From a virus (lineage: Duplodnaviria > Caudoviricetes): 58,240 bases of DNA. Below, piece by piece: positions 10,397-20,505 of the stretch. Location of the stretch: IMG/VR virus record IMGVR_UViG_3300046167_000591, positions 1 to 58,240 of that record; one strand, 5' to 3'. Below the pieces are notes generated by a model. That model was not told the origin of the DNA. It searched no databases and saw only the letters and a program-made list of their open reading frames with translations. The position numbers and the translations under genes were made by a program. Each line of letters begins with the position of its first letter. The first letter of the stretch is position 1.

Positions 10397-13300
10397 ATGG
10401 CAACTGATGTAAATTTATTCTTAGATAACATTTTTGGCGGTGATAACGACAAAAAGAAAGAAGAAGAAAAAAAGAAAAAAGAAGAACAAGCAAAGAAAAA
10501 AGACTCTGCAATGAGAGGTGTGGTTGCGGAGTCAACTGCAACTGCTGCACCTCAAATAAAAGATACGGCTTTACCTTCGGACGATGGTTTATCGGACTCA
10601 CAATCAGCTAAAAAACTTCTAGACGACTTATTTGCTGATTTAGACAAACCGGTTGAGCCTGCTGTAGAATACAAACCTATAGAAACTCAAAAAGCCCCAG
10701 CAATTGCTACTGTTAATTTAGAAAAACAATTAGCAGGAACTGGTTTTACAGTTAAAACAAAACAAGGGCTTAGAGGACAAACTGTAGAAATAACTTCACC
10801 TACAGGTAATACAAAAGATTTTCTTACACAAGACTATACTGTTTCGGCTACAGCGTTTGGCCCAGGGGCATCATACACTAATGACATTGAAGAAATGAAT
10901 TCATTTGTTAATAGTGAAATGCTTACAAAAAGCGCTAATGACTCAAGAAAACAAGAAGAAGACGATTTAAAACAAAACATTACCGAATACCTTGAAAAAG
11001 CAAAAGATTCAGGTGATATAATTAATTATGATTACTTTTTGCCAGAAATGTATGGCGGATCTGCAACAGCTTTAAGTCAAGAAAATTATGGTAATGTAAC
11101 ATTTGATAGCGTTTTAAAAGATTTTAAAAATTCTGAAGAGTATAAAAATTCTCAGTATGTCAATGAATTTAAGTTAGAAGATTTATTTATAACGCAAACT
11201 AAAACATTAGCTAATATAGATAAACAAGAGTTAAATACAGAACTTTTAGTAAGACAAGCCAACGCAGTTAAATTAACAGATGATCAGTTATTAGCAAACA
11301 AAGAAAAAGAATTACAAGGCACTAGAAATACTTTAGATAGAGAATATGTAGACTTAGTAGTTGAAATAGAAAGCTTAAAAGGTAAAACTGATCCTGAAAG
11401 TTTACAAAAACTTGAACAGCTACAAGAAAGACAAAAAAATCTTGTAGAAAACGAAGTAAAAATTCCATCATTTTTTGATTTATTTAAAGTAAACCCAGCA
11501 ACAGCTGGTTCAACTTATTTAGCAGCTTTATATACAAAAGCAACAAGTAAAGTAGGTGAAGAAGCTAAAATGTTATATGACTTAGATGGTAATTTACTTA
11601 TTGATACTAACCAAGATGCGGTAAGTACTTCCGATGCTGGTGTATCTGCTTCAAAATATGCTGGTAGCGATCAAGATTTTATTACTAATGAATATAACCG
11701 CAATTTAGTAAATTGGGGTAAAAGTGATATATTAGGAAGTGAAAAAATTAATGTACGTATTAATCAAGAATATGTACCATTTGCTTTTAACAAATATAAA
11801 GAAGAAGAGTTAGGAGTTTATAGCGTTCCTTTAAAAGAATTAGCTAAATACAGAAATAAACTTTTTTTAGGAGATAAAAATTTATTTGAAGTAATTCAAG
11901 ACCTTACTTCAGCTAAGCAAAGATTTGAAAACGAGGGTATAATACCTGAAGGTGAATTTGTATCTAACGAAGAAGAGTTATTTCAACTTGTAGATACTTA
12001 TGCTAGACAAAGAAAAGAAATAATATCTGATGCAACTGCATTAGAATCCATGCGTTATGGTTTTGATCCTGCTACTTTAGGTGATGATTCTTTAAACTTC
12101 ACTATGGATGTTACTAAAGAAGTTGTAGATAACTTTAAAAATTCTTTTGTTAAGACAGAAGATTTAGATAAGCCAATTACAACTACTATTCAAGTAAAGC
12201 AACAGTTAGCTGAAACAATACCCAATGATTTACAAGAATTAGGTATATCTGAAGAATATATTAAAACATTGAAACCAAGTTTAGCAGTAGGGGCTTTACA
12301 AGGTGTTGCTGGAATGTCTGAAGATTTAGTTGAGTTTGCATTATTTGATATAGCGGCAACCGCAGGCGAAGGCGCTATAGTCAAACTAGCTAGTAAAATG
12401 CCAAAAATAACAGCTGCATTAAAAGGCTCAAAACTTGTTTATAATGATAAGTTTAAAAATACCGCAAAAACAGCTTACGTTTTAGCAAAAGAAGAAGTTA
12501 AAATGAAAACTGTATTTGATGAAAACTATCACATGGGTGGTGGTGTTGCATTTGCTGGTATGGGTATGTTATCAAAAAAATACTTTCCGCTTAACTTTGG
12601 AGCAAATAGATTAAACACTTTAATGGGTGTACCAAAAGAAGGTGTAATATTTGCAACATCTTCTGAATTAGCTAAATTTACAGAAGGTGGTATTTCTTCA
12701 ATGGCTGGTGGTAAAACTTTTAAAAGACATTTAGATGAAAATTATTCTGACTTTGACGAAGTATCACGTGAATATTTAGGTAACATAATGTTTGGTAGTT
12801 TACTTAATATTAAAGGATTAAGTACAACAGCAGTAAAACGACTTTATAAAGGTGAAGCTCAATATGAATGGATGTCAACCAAGGCTATTGATAAACTAAA
12901 CAATACAGCTACAAAAAATATAAAATCGATTTCTGCTGAAATAAACGAAAGAGCAGAATTAGGAGATAAAGCAGAAGATTTAAAATCTCTTGAAGATAAT
13001 TTAATTAAAAACTGGAATGTATGGAATACAACCAGGTTTATACAAACAAACTTAAGAGATTTACAAGATTTAAGAAGCGGTGATGTAGAAAAAGTTACAA
13101 AATGGTATAAAAAATATCAAAAAGAAAATGTAGAAACATTAAGAAAAGTGTCTGGTAACGATGCTGCTCAAATTATTTATTCTACTGATGCTACTAGATT
13201 TCAACCAGGTGAGCAAGCTAAATATACATCAGATGGTAATATTGAGCTAAACATAAAAGCTATTGCCAATAAGAAAGAAGCTGCTGATCCAAATCTTGTA

Positions 13301-16300
13301 TCGCATGAAATGACGCATGCAATAACAGAAAGAATAAGTAAAAACAATCCTTTATTTTTAAAGAACTTTTACAACAAGTTAGAATCAGAGTTTCCTGAAT
13401 TAATTGCAGATATTAAAGAACAATATAAAGAAGAAATTGGAAAAGATCCTTCAATACTTGAAAAAGAGTTTATTTCTTTTGTTGCTCAAAGATTAGGTAA
13501 TAAAGAATTCTATAACAACTTTAGTGTTGTTTCTGAAGGTGAAACTACATTTTTCCAAAAAATAGCTAATTGGACAAAAAACTTTAATAAAGAAAATGTA
13601 GGATTCGACCCATCAATTGCATCTAAAAAAGATTTAGTTAAGTTTTGGGCTAATTTAAGTATAAAGCTAAATAAAAATACTTTAACCGCTTCTGACTTAA
13701 AAAAGCTTGAGCAATTAGGTTTATCTGAAGCATACGAAGTACCGGTTGAATCTAACGCTGAATCAAAAGATTTTAAAGCAAAAGATTTAGGTACTGATTT
13801 AGAACAAGCAAGAGACTTATTAGAAGTATATAGAGGTATAAAAGCAGCTGATACACCATTAGCAAAAAGAGCAATGGAAATTAGAGCTACTAATCCCGCT
13901 GTTGCTGAAAAAATGCTTGCTGACTCAAAAGATAAAGCTTTTGGTGAGTTAATAGTATCATTTGAACCAATGGTTAATAAAGAAGCTGGTCGTATTAATA
14001 CACAGTATGGTATTAGCAGAGAAGAAGCTGTTGCAGAAGTTCAAATAAACGCTATAGACTTAATTAATACATACAAGCCTTACTTAGCTATCATTGAAAA
14101 TGGAAAGTCTGTTAGCATCGCTGAAAAGGGTGTTAAAATGAAAAACATTATAGAAAGAGTTAATGCTGGTGAAATTTCATTTGATTTAAATAAACCAAAC
14201 CCTGTTGACCTTGCTGGTTATATTAGCAGAAACTTACCACTTAGAACAAATGCAATATACGCAAAGTATACAGAAGCAAACAAAGGCGGTGAGCTATTTA
14301 AAACAACTAGCATTGACGAAATACGTGAATTATCCGCTGATGATATTGCTGGATATGCTGGTGGCTCTGCTATGGAATCTACCGCCAAAGCTAATACAAG
14401 ATTGATTGAAGCTGTTGATGCACTTATTCCAGATGCTGTTAAAAGAAGCAATTACAATCAAGGTGTTATTGATTTAATGACTGAAGAAAACATTACAGAC
14501 TTTGGTTATCCTGCTGTAAAAGGAACTAATCCAGAAGCTATTATGGACGCTATGTCTGGTGGCAATCTTGTTGTTAAACCTAATGGCAAAATTAATAAAG
14601 CAAAAACTTTTGCAAACATTAGAGAATGGCTACGTAAAGATAACAATGCTAGTTTAATATATAAGTACTTTCCGCTTGGTGCTAAAAAACAAGCCGAAGG
14701 TTTAAAATCTGCTACTAAAGTAGCTAAGTCTATACTTAATAATTTTTATGAAAAAGGTGAAAGAGCTACTATGCTTGAAGGAACTGCCGCTGGTTTATCA
14801 GTACAAGAAAAAGTACCTTTTGATAGAAATAACTTTTTAGAAAAAGTAGGAGCTATAGGCAGCAAAGACAGAAACAAAGATACTTTACTTGAAGCAATAA
14901 TAAATGAAGTTGATAGATCAACAACAAATAGAGTTGTTAGAAAAGAACTTGAAATACAAGGTAAAGAAGATAAGCTATTACAAGAATTAGCAGATGGTAA
15001 GTCTGAAGATTTATTAGTAAAAGAACTTGACCCTGAATTTGAAAATTTAAGAATTCAATTAGCTGCTAACTTAGCTGTTGATAATATTGTCCTCAAAGCT
15101 TTTGATGAAGTTCTTGTAGATGCTAAAATGGACGACGCTATATTTAAAAAGTTTGCAAGTTTAAAAGGTGAAGAAAAAACAGCAGCTCAAGAAAAATATT
15201 TAAATGAGTTTGCAAAGCCTTTTGTAGCGCTTATGCCTAATGAATTTAAACAAGTATTAACTTCTCCTGGCGGAAAAGTACTAAATTCATTTATGGAAAA
15301 GTATTTATTGTATGGCAATAAAAGTAGAGGAGCCGGAGATTTAGGTACAAAAGGCGGACCTGGTTTTCAAAAGCAATTAAGAAATTTTTATGAAGATGCT
15401 AAAAAAGATACACAATTTCAAGAGCTTATTGACCCAAAAAGCAAAACTTACGATGTTGAGGTAGCCGAAGCTTGGAATGCTATCAAAGATAATTTAGAAG
15501 CATTTGAAGCAACTACAAGTACTCAAATAAATAAATATAACTTTGCTGGTGGAAAAGTTTTTGAAATAGCTGGTAAATCTAAAAATCCTGTTAAAGCTGG
15601 AAAAGAAATTGTAGCAGAACTTGATAGAATATATGGTGAAGGCAAAGGTGTTAAAACTTATGAAAAGTTAGGTAAGCTTACTCAAGATGTAGACTTTTTT
15701 ATGCAGCTTATGTTGAAAAAATGGTATGAAAGTGTGCCAGAAGGAGAATTAAAAGAAAAAGCTAAAGAAAACTTGTATTTATTAAAAACAGGCACTACAA
15801 ATGTATTAGAATCAGATAGAATTTTTGCACCATTAAGATATATTCAAGTTGGTGTTAAAAAAGCTTATTTAGAACATATAGTTTCATCTTTAGAAATATC
15901 TACAGCCAACTATATGGACATAATAAACGGTACTTTTAGCAAAGAATCTTTTGATGGTACCAGAAGCCTTTATTATACCGCTGCAATTAAACCGTCTAGT
16001 GCTAAATTGTTGGATAAAGTTTGGGGCAGTACTACAAATATAGCCTTGCATAGATTTTTTGCTGATCCTGAGTTAGCTAAAAATACTATAGACTTATATG
16101 CTCCTACAAAAAATAATACCCAGTTTAAAACTGTAGAAGAAAATTTAAATGCAATATACGGTAAACCGTTTGTAGAAAAACAATTTACTATAGCTAAAGA
16201 AGCAAAGTCATTGTATGAAAAGTCTATGGATTTGTCTTCAAAAGATTTAAGCAAAGACCCTATAAGTGATTTAGAATCTATAGCTCGTATGTCAAATGTA

Positions 16301-18784
16301 GATGTTGCTCATGATTTAGCAAGAATCAGAAACAAGAAAAATAAAGGTATTAGTGTTTTTGATTTTGATGATACACTTGCTAGAAGTAAATCTAATGTAT
16401 TATATACAATGCCTGATGGTAGAAAAGGGAAACTTAATGCAGAAGAGTTTGCTAAAAGAGGTGATGAACTATTAGCTCAAGGTGCTGTTTATGATTTTTC
16501 TGAATTTAAAAAAGTAATGCAAGGATCAAAAGGACCTTTGTTTGAGTTAGCTAAACAACGTGGTGAAAAGTTTACAACTAAAGATGTATTTGTATTAACA
16601 GCTAGGCCACCTGAAAGTGCGGTAGCAATACAAAAGTTTTTAAAAGAATCTGGTTTAGATATTCCTTTAGAAAATATTACAGGTTTAGGAAACTCTTCAG
16701 CACAAGCTAAAGCAGACTGGGTTGTAAATAAAGCTGCTGAAGGTTATAATGATTTTTACTTTGCTGATGATGCTATTAAAAATGTTAAGGCTGTTAAAGA
16801 TGCTTTAAGTGTTTTAGATGTTAAGTCCGATGTACAACAAGCATTTGCTGCTAAAGATTTAAACAAAGAGTTTAATAAATTAGTTGCATCAAAACTAGGT
16901 ATTGCTCCAAGTAAAAATATAAGTAAAGCTAGAGCTGAAATGTTGGGTAAAAAGAAAAAAGGCACCTGGTTTATTCCTTATTCCAATGAAGACTTTATGG
17001 GATTAATGTACCCTTTATTTGGCAAAGGCAAAAAAGGTGATGCTGATGTAGAATTTCTTAAAGATGCTTTAGTAAGACCTTTTGAAAGAGGTGAATATAA
17101 TATTTCAAAAGAAAGAGCCACGCTAGCTAGAGACATGTCAGCATTAAAAGATCAAACAAAAAAGTTAAACCCAGGCACAACTAAAAAACTAAAAAATACA
17201 GTTGACGAAGCTTTTACTGCAGAGCATGCTGTTAGAGTTTATATATGGGGTAGACAAGGTATGGAAGTACCTGGCCTTAATAAAAAAGATATACGTAAAT
17301 TAACAAACTACGTTAAAGCAGATAAAGATTTAGTTGAATATGCTGAAAACTTAATGTTATTAGGTAAAAGCAGCAAATACCCTGAGCCAACTAAGTATTG
17401 GGCCGGCGGCAATATATCAAATGACTTTAGAAACAGTTTATTAACTACAAGAAGAAAATATCATTTAGCTGAGTGGATTCAAAATAAAAATGAAATATTC
17501 ACGCCAGAAATGTATAATAAACTTGAAGCAACTTTTGGTAAAGGATATGTTGAAGCTTTAAAAGAATCTTTAGCTGCAATGGAAAGAGGTAAAAATAGAC
17601 TGCCTAGTAAAAATAAACAGTTTGATAAGTATTTAGATTTTGTTAATGGATCTGTTGGTGCTGTAATGTTTTTAAATACTAAATCCGCAGTGTTACAAAC
17701 ATTGTCAACATTAAACTATTTAAACTGGACAGATAACAATCCAGCTGCGGCTGCTAAACAATTTGCAAACATACCAAAGTTTTCAAAAACGTTTATGGAA
17801 TTATTCAATTCTGAATATTTAGTTAATAGACGTGATGGTTTAAAAATCAATGTAAGTGAAGCTGAACTTAACGATGTTTTTAAAGATAGAAATAAAGTTG
17901 AAGCATTTTTTAACTTAATGATTAGAAAAGGTTTTGCTCCCACAAGGTATGCTGATTCTTTTGCAATTGCATTAGGTGGTTCTAGTTTTTATTTAAATAG
18001 AATAGAAACTTATAAAAAGAATGGTTTATCTGAAGCTGAAGCTAAAAAAGAAGCATTTGTAGACTTTATGGAAACATCAGAACAAAGTCAGCAGTCTTCA
18101 AGAACAGATAAAATTAGTCAAGAGCAAAGAGGGCATTTAGGACGTCTTATTTTGTCTTTCGCTAATACACCAATACAATATAATAGATTAATGAAAAAAG
18201 CTATTATGGACATTAGAAATGGTCGTGGCGATGTTAAAACAAATGTTTCTAAAATATTGTATTACGGCGCTGCTCAAAATATTATATTTTCTACTTTGCA
18301 GTCAGCTTTATTTAGTATGTTTTTTGATCCAGATATGGACGAAGACGATAAAATGGAAAAATATGTAAAAGTTGTAAATAGCACTTCTGATTCTTTCTTA
18401 CGTGGTTTAGGTGTTGCTGGCGCTACTGCGGCAATGCTTAAAAATGTTGGAATCAAAATATACCAAGAGCATCAAAAAACAAGACCAGAATATGATAAAG
18501 CAGCTTTAGAAGTACTAAGTATTTCGCCGCCTTTAGATTCTAAGATCACTAAGTTAATGCAGGCTGGTAAAATATTCATGTATGAAAAAGATGCAATACA
18601 AGAAGAAGGGTGGTCATTAAATAACCCTGCTTGGCAAGCTGGTGCAAAAGTATTTGCGGCTGGTACTAACGTAGGTGTTGACAGGTTTTTTATTTTTAAA
18701 GAACAATATGAAAACCTTACGGATGATAATCTAGCAATGTGGAAAAGAATATCGCTGCTGGTGGTTGGCAGAATTACGAATTAG
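10397..18784 (+). CDS. Giant putative ejection/polyvalent protein: zincin (HEMTH), sigma-like segment, HAD domain, helical C-terminus
   Basis: 2795 aa. HEMTH at 13304-13318. FDFDDTL...VLTAR...YFADD HAD motifs at 16358-16770. The true end is probably ~18906 after a terminal frameshift. Confidence 0.75.
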   Translation: MATDVNLFLDNIFGGDNDKKKEEEKKKKEEQAKKKDSAMRGVVAESTATAAPQIKDTALPSDDGLSDSQSAKKLLDDLFADLDKPVEPAVEYKPIETQKAPAIATVNLEKQLAGTGFTVKTKQGLRGQTVEITSPTGNTKDFLTQDYTVSATAFGPGASYTNDIEEMNSFVNSEMLTKSANDSRKQEEDDLKQNITEYLEKAKDSGDIINYDYFLPEMYGGSATALSQENYGNVTFDSVLKDFKNSEEYKNSQYVNEFKLEDLFITQTKTLANIDKQELNTELLVRQANAVKLTDDQLLANKEKELQGTRNTLDREYVDLVVEIESLKGKTDPESLQKLEQLQERQKNLVENEVKIPSFFDLFKVNPATAGSTYLAALYTKATSKVGEEAKMLYDLDGNLLIDTNQDAVSTSDAGVSASKYAGSDQDFITNEYNRNLVNWGKSDILGSEKINVRINQEYVPFAFNKYKEEELGVYSVPLKELAKYRNKLFLGDKNLFEVIQDLTSAKQRFENEGIIPEGEFVSNEEELFQLVDTYARQRKEIISDATALESMRYGFDPATLGDDSLNFTMDVTKEVVDNFKNSFVKTEDLDKPITTTIQVKQQLAETIPNDLQELGISEEYIKTLKPSLAVGALQGVAGMSEDLVEFALFDIAATAGEGAIVKLASKMPKITAALKGSKLVYNDKFKNTAKTAYVLAKEEVKMKTVFDENYHMGGGVAFAGMGMLSKKYFPLNFGANRLNTLMGVPKEGVIFATSSELAKFTEGGISSMAGGKTFKRHLDENYSDFDEVSREYLGNIMFGSLLNIKGLSTTAVKRLYKGEAQYEWMSTKAIDKLNNTATKNIKSISAEINERAELGDKAEDLKSLEDNLIKNWNVWNTTRFIQTNLRDLQDLRSGDVEKVTKWYKKYQKENVETLRKVSGNDAAQIIYSTDATRFQPGEQAKYTSDGNIELNIKAIANKKEAADPNLVSHEMTHAITERISKNNPLFLKNFYNKLESEFPELIADIKEQYKEEIGKDPSILEKEFISFVAQRLGNKEFYNNFSVVSEGETTFFQKIANWTKNFNKENVGFDPSIASKKDLVKFWANLSIKLNKNTLTASDLKKLEQLGLSEAYEVPVESNAESKDFKAKDLGTDLEQARDLLEVYRGIKAADTPLAKRAMEIRATNPAVAEKMLADSKDKAFGELIVSFEPMVNKEAGRINTQYGISREEAVAEVQINAIDLINTYKPYLAIIENGKSVSIAEKGVKMKNIIERVNAGEISFDLNKPNPVDLAGYISRNLPLRTNAIYAKYTEANKGGELFKTTSIDEIRELSADDIAGYAGGSAMESTAKANTRLIEAVDALIPDAVKRSNYNQGVIDLMTEENITDFGYPAVKGTNPEAIMDAMSGGNLVVKPNGKINKAKTFANIREWLRKDNNASLIYKYFPLGAKKQAEGLKSATKVAKSILNNFYEKGERATMLEGTAAGLSVQEKVPFDRNNFLEKVGAIGSKDRNKDTLLEAIINEVDRSTTNRVVRKELEIQGKEDKLLQELADGKSEDLLVKELDPEFENLRIQLAANLAVDNIVLKAFDEVLVDAKMDDAIFKKFASLKGEEKTAAQEKYLNEFAKPFVALMPNEFKQVLTSPGGKVLNSFMEKYLLYGNKSRGAGDLGTKGGPGFQKQLRNFYEDAKKDTQFQELIDPKSKTYDVEVAEAWNAIKDNLEAFEATTSTQINKYNFAGGKVFEIAGKSKNPVKAGKEIVAELDRIYGEGKGVKTYEKLGKLTQDVDFFMQLMLKKWYESVPEGELKEKAKENLYLLKTGTTNVLESDRIFAPLRYIQVGVKKAYLEHIVSSLEISTANYMDIINGTFSKESFDGTRSLYYTAAIKPSSAKLLDKVWGSTTNIALHRFFADPELAKNTIDLYAPTKNNTQFKTVEENLNAIYGKPFVEKQFTIAKEAKSLYEKSMDLSSKDLSKDPISDLESIARMSNVDVAHDLARIRNKKNKGISVFDFDDTLARSKSNVLYTMPDGRKGKLNAEEFAKRGDELLAQGAVYDFSEFKKVMQGSKGPLFELAKQRGEKFTTKDVFVLTARPPESAVAIQKFLKESGLDIPLENITGLGNSSAQAKADWVVNKAAEGYNDFYFADDAIKNVKAVKDALSVLDVKSDVQQAFAAKDLNKEFNKLVASKLGIAPSKNISKARAEMLGKKKKGTWFIPYSNEDFMGLMYPLFGKGKKGDADVEFLKDALVRPFERGEYNISKERATLARDMSALKDQTKKLNPGTTKKLKNTVDEAFTAEHAVRVYIWGRQGMEVPGLNKKDIRKLTNYVKADKDLVEYAENLMLLGKSSKYPEPTKYWAGGNISNDFRNSLLTTRRKYHLAEWIQNKNEIFTPEMYNKLEATFGKGYVEALKESLAAMERGKNRLPSKNKQFDKYLDFVNGSVGAVMFLNTKSAVLQTLSTLNYLNWTDNNPAAAAKQFANIPKFSKTFMELFNSEYLVNRRDGLKINVSEAELNDVFKDRNKVEAFFNLMIRKGFAPTRYADSFAIALGGSSFYLNRIETYKKNGLSEAEAKKEAFVDFMETSEQSQQSSRTDKISQEQRGHLGRLILSFANTPIQYNRLMKKAIMDIRNGRGDVKTNVSKILYYGAAQNIIFSTLQSALFSMFFDPDMDEDDKMEKYVKVVNSTSDSFLRGLGVAGATAAMLKNVGIKIYQEHQKTRPEYDKAALEVLSISPPLDSKITKLMQAGKIFMYEKDAIQEEGWSLNNPAWQAGAKVFAAGTNVGVDRFFIFKEQYENLTDDNLAMWKRISLLVVGRITN

Positions 18785-18910
18785 ATATTGAAAGAGATGA
18801 AAGAAGATTACCACTTAAAAAGCCTTATAATCCATTTAAAATAAGATTAAAAGATGCTACTAAGCCAAAAATAAATTTAGATTTAAATATAAAACTTAAC
18901 TACTAATATT

Positions 18911-19051
18911 ATGGGAAAAAAAGATGCGTGTTATCACAAAGTAAAATCAAGGTATAGAGTGTTTCCATCTGCTTATGCTAGTGGAGCTTTAGCTAAATGT
19001 AGAAAAGTTGGCGCTGCTAACTGGGGCAATAAAAGTAAAAAGAAAAAATAA
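18911..19051 (+). CDS. Small basic protein (46 aa)
   Basis: Hand-translated MGKKDACYHKVKSRYRVFPSAYASGALAKCRKVGAANWGNKSKKKK*. TAATG overlap with the next gene. Confidence 0.75.
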   Translation: MGKKDACYHKVKSRYRVFPSAYASGALAKCRKVGAANWGNKSKKKK

Positions 19052-19326
19052 TGGCTGTGCGTAAAACAAAAAAAGGCGCAAACTTAAGACGTTGGTTTAA
19101 AGAAAAGTGGATTGATGTTCGCACTGGTAAACCATGTGGTAGAACCAAAGGCGAAAAAAGAGGTACACCTTATTGTAGACCTTCCAAAAGAGTATCAAGC
19201 AAAACACCTAAAACATCAGGTGAAATGTCTGCTGCTGAAAAGAAAAGAAAAATTGCTGAAAAGAAAAGGTTAGGACAACCAGCTGGCAAACCAAAAAGAG
19301 TTAAAAACGTTAAGCGTAAAAAATAA
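19051..19326 (+). CDS. Small basic conserved phage protein
   Basis: LRRWFKEKWIDV...CGR...PYCRPSKRVSSKTPKT. K/R-rich and translationally coupled. Confidence 0.75.
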   Translation: MAVRKTKKGANLRRWFKEKWIDVRTGKPCGRTKGEKRGTPYCRPSKRVSSKTPKTSGEMSAAEKKRKIAEKKRLGQPAGKPKRVKNVKRKK

Positions 19327-19613
19327 TGGCACCAGAAATAAACGAATCAACCAAAGTGACTGTGGATTTAAAAACAGTAGGATTAATAATTGGTGGAGCA
19401 ATTTCATTAGCTGCAATGTATTTTACTTTAAAAGCAGATATAGAATTAGCTAAAGAATTGCCGGAACCTACTATTAGCAGAACAGAATACGATTTAAAAG
19501 ATCAGCTTATTCGAGAAACCATTATAAATACGCAAGAAAAAGTTGAAGAAAATAGTGATAAATTAGACAAAATAGACGGAAAGCTATATGAAATAATTGA
19601 AAAAGGTAGATAG
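19326..19613 (+). CDS. Membrane protein with coiled coil (lysis-cassette candidate)
   Basis: One hydrophobic helix (VGLIIGGAISLAAMYF) followed by a coiled coil. Upstream of the endolysin. Confidence 0.5.
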   Translation: MAPEINESTKVTVDLKTVGLIIGGAISLAAMYFTLKADIELAKELPEPTISRTEYDLKDQLIRETIINTQEKVEENSDKLDKIDGKLYEIIEKGR

Positions 19614-19615
19614 TA

Positions 19616-19936
19616 ATGAAAAATTTAATTACTTTAATAATATTGTTATGTAGTACCTGGGTTTTTTCTCAAGATTATAAAATAGTACAGGTTAATGCTA
19701 AATGGAACACTGCAAATGACGTAAAACTTCCTGACTATATATCTGGAGTTAAAGTTATTTACATATATTTAGAAAATCAACAATCTAATTTAAAAAATCA
19801 AATAAAATATGTTCCAACTATTCTTTTATTTAAAAACAATAAACCAATAGTGCAATGGACATCTAATTTAAGCTTTAAGTTAATAATACCTAAAGATCAA
19901 TTAATAAATGAAATAAAATTTCATATAAATAAATAA
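19616..19936 (+). CDS. Exported thioredoxin-like-fold protein lacking CxxC
   Basis: Signal peptide, then VQVNAKWN and IKYVPTILLFKNNK, which are thioredoxin-fold-like. Confidence 0.5.
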   Translation: MKNLITLIILLCSTWVFSQDYKIVQVNAKWNTANDVKLPDYISGVKVIYIYLENQQSNLKNQIKYVPTILLFKNNKPIVQWTSNLSFKLIIPKDQLINEIKFHINK

Positions 19937-19944
19937 ATTAAATT

Positions 19945-20427
19945 ATGAATGTACCTAAATTTATTATAAGTGAACATATTACACTTAATGAAGCTGTTCA
20001 TTCTAATACCGCAAAAAGAAAAGGTATAGATAATACGCCAAACCCTGAAGCTGTATTAGCTATGAGTAAACTAGCTGAAAACGTGTTTGAGCCACTTAGA
20101 GCACATGTAGGTGGACCAATAAAAGTTAATAGTATGTTTCGCTCAGAAGAATTAAATAAAGCGATAGGGGGCTCTAAAACAAGTCAACACTGTAAAGGCG
20201 AAGCAATTGATATTGATGACATTTACGGTCATGCTACCAATGCTGAAATGTTTATGTTTATATGGGACAACTTAGATTTTGACCAACTTATATGGGAATT
20301 TGGTACTGATGAAAATCCATCATGGGTACACGTAAGTTACGTTTCACCTGAAGAAAATCGTAAACGTGTATTAAAAGCTGATAAAATAAATGGCAAAACA
20401 GTTTATAGTGTAATGCCAAAAGAATAG
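19945..20427 (+). CDS. Endolysin, peptidase M15A family
   Basis: SMFRSEELNKAIGGSKTSQHCKGEAIDI...WVHVSY Zn-peptidase motifs. Confidence 0.88.
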   Translation: MNVPKFIISEHITLNEAVHSNTAKRKGIDNTPNPEAVLAMSKLAENVFEPLRAHVGGPIKVNSMFRSEELNKAIGGSKTSQHCKGEAIDIDDIYGHATNAEMFMFIWDNLDFDQLIWEFGTDENPSWVHVSYVSPEENRKRVLKADKINGKTVYSVMPKE

Positions 20428-20473
20428 GAACAAGAAGAAAATGGGCGCCATACCCAAAGTTCCTGTAACCAAG

Positions 20474-20503
20474 AAGGGGAAGCTTAACGGCCTCCCCTTT
20501 TTT
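20474..20503. terminator. Intrinsic terminator at the convergence of the two arms
   Basis: AAGGGGAAGC-TTAACG-GCCTCCCCTT-TTTT between the endolysin (+) and nrdA (-). Confidence 0.75.
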
Positions 20504-20505
20504 AA

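Noticed and set aside
16358-16378. DFDDT as the catalytic DxDxD motif of a crAss-type virion RNA polymerase
   Set aside because: It is DxDxT, followed by HAD motifs II and IV (LTAR, FADD). It fits a HAD phosphatase, not an RNAP.
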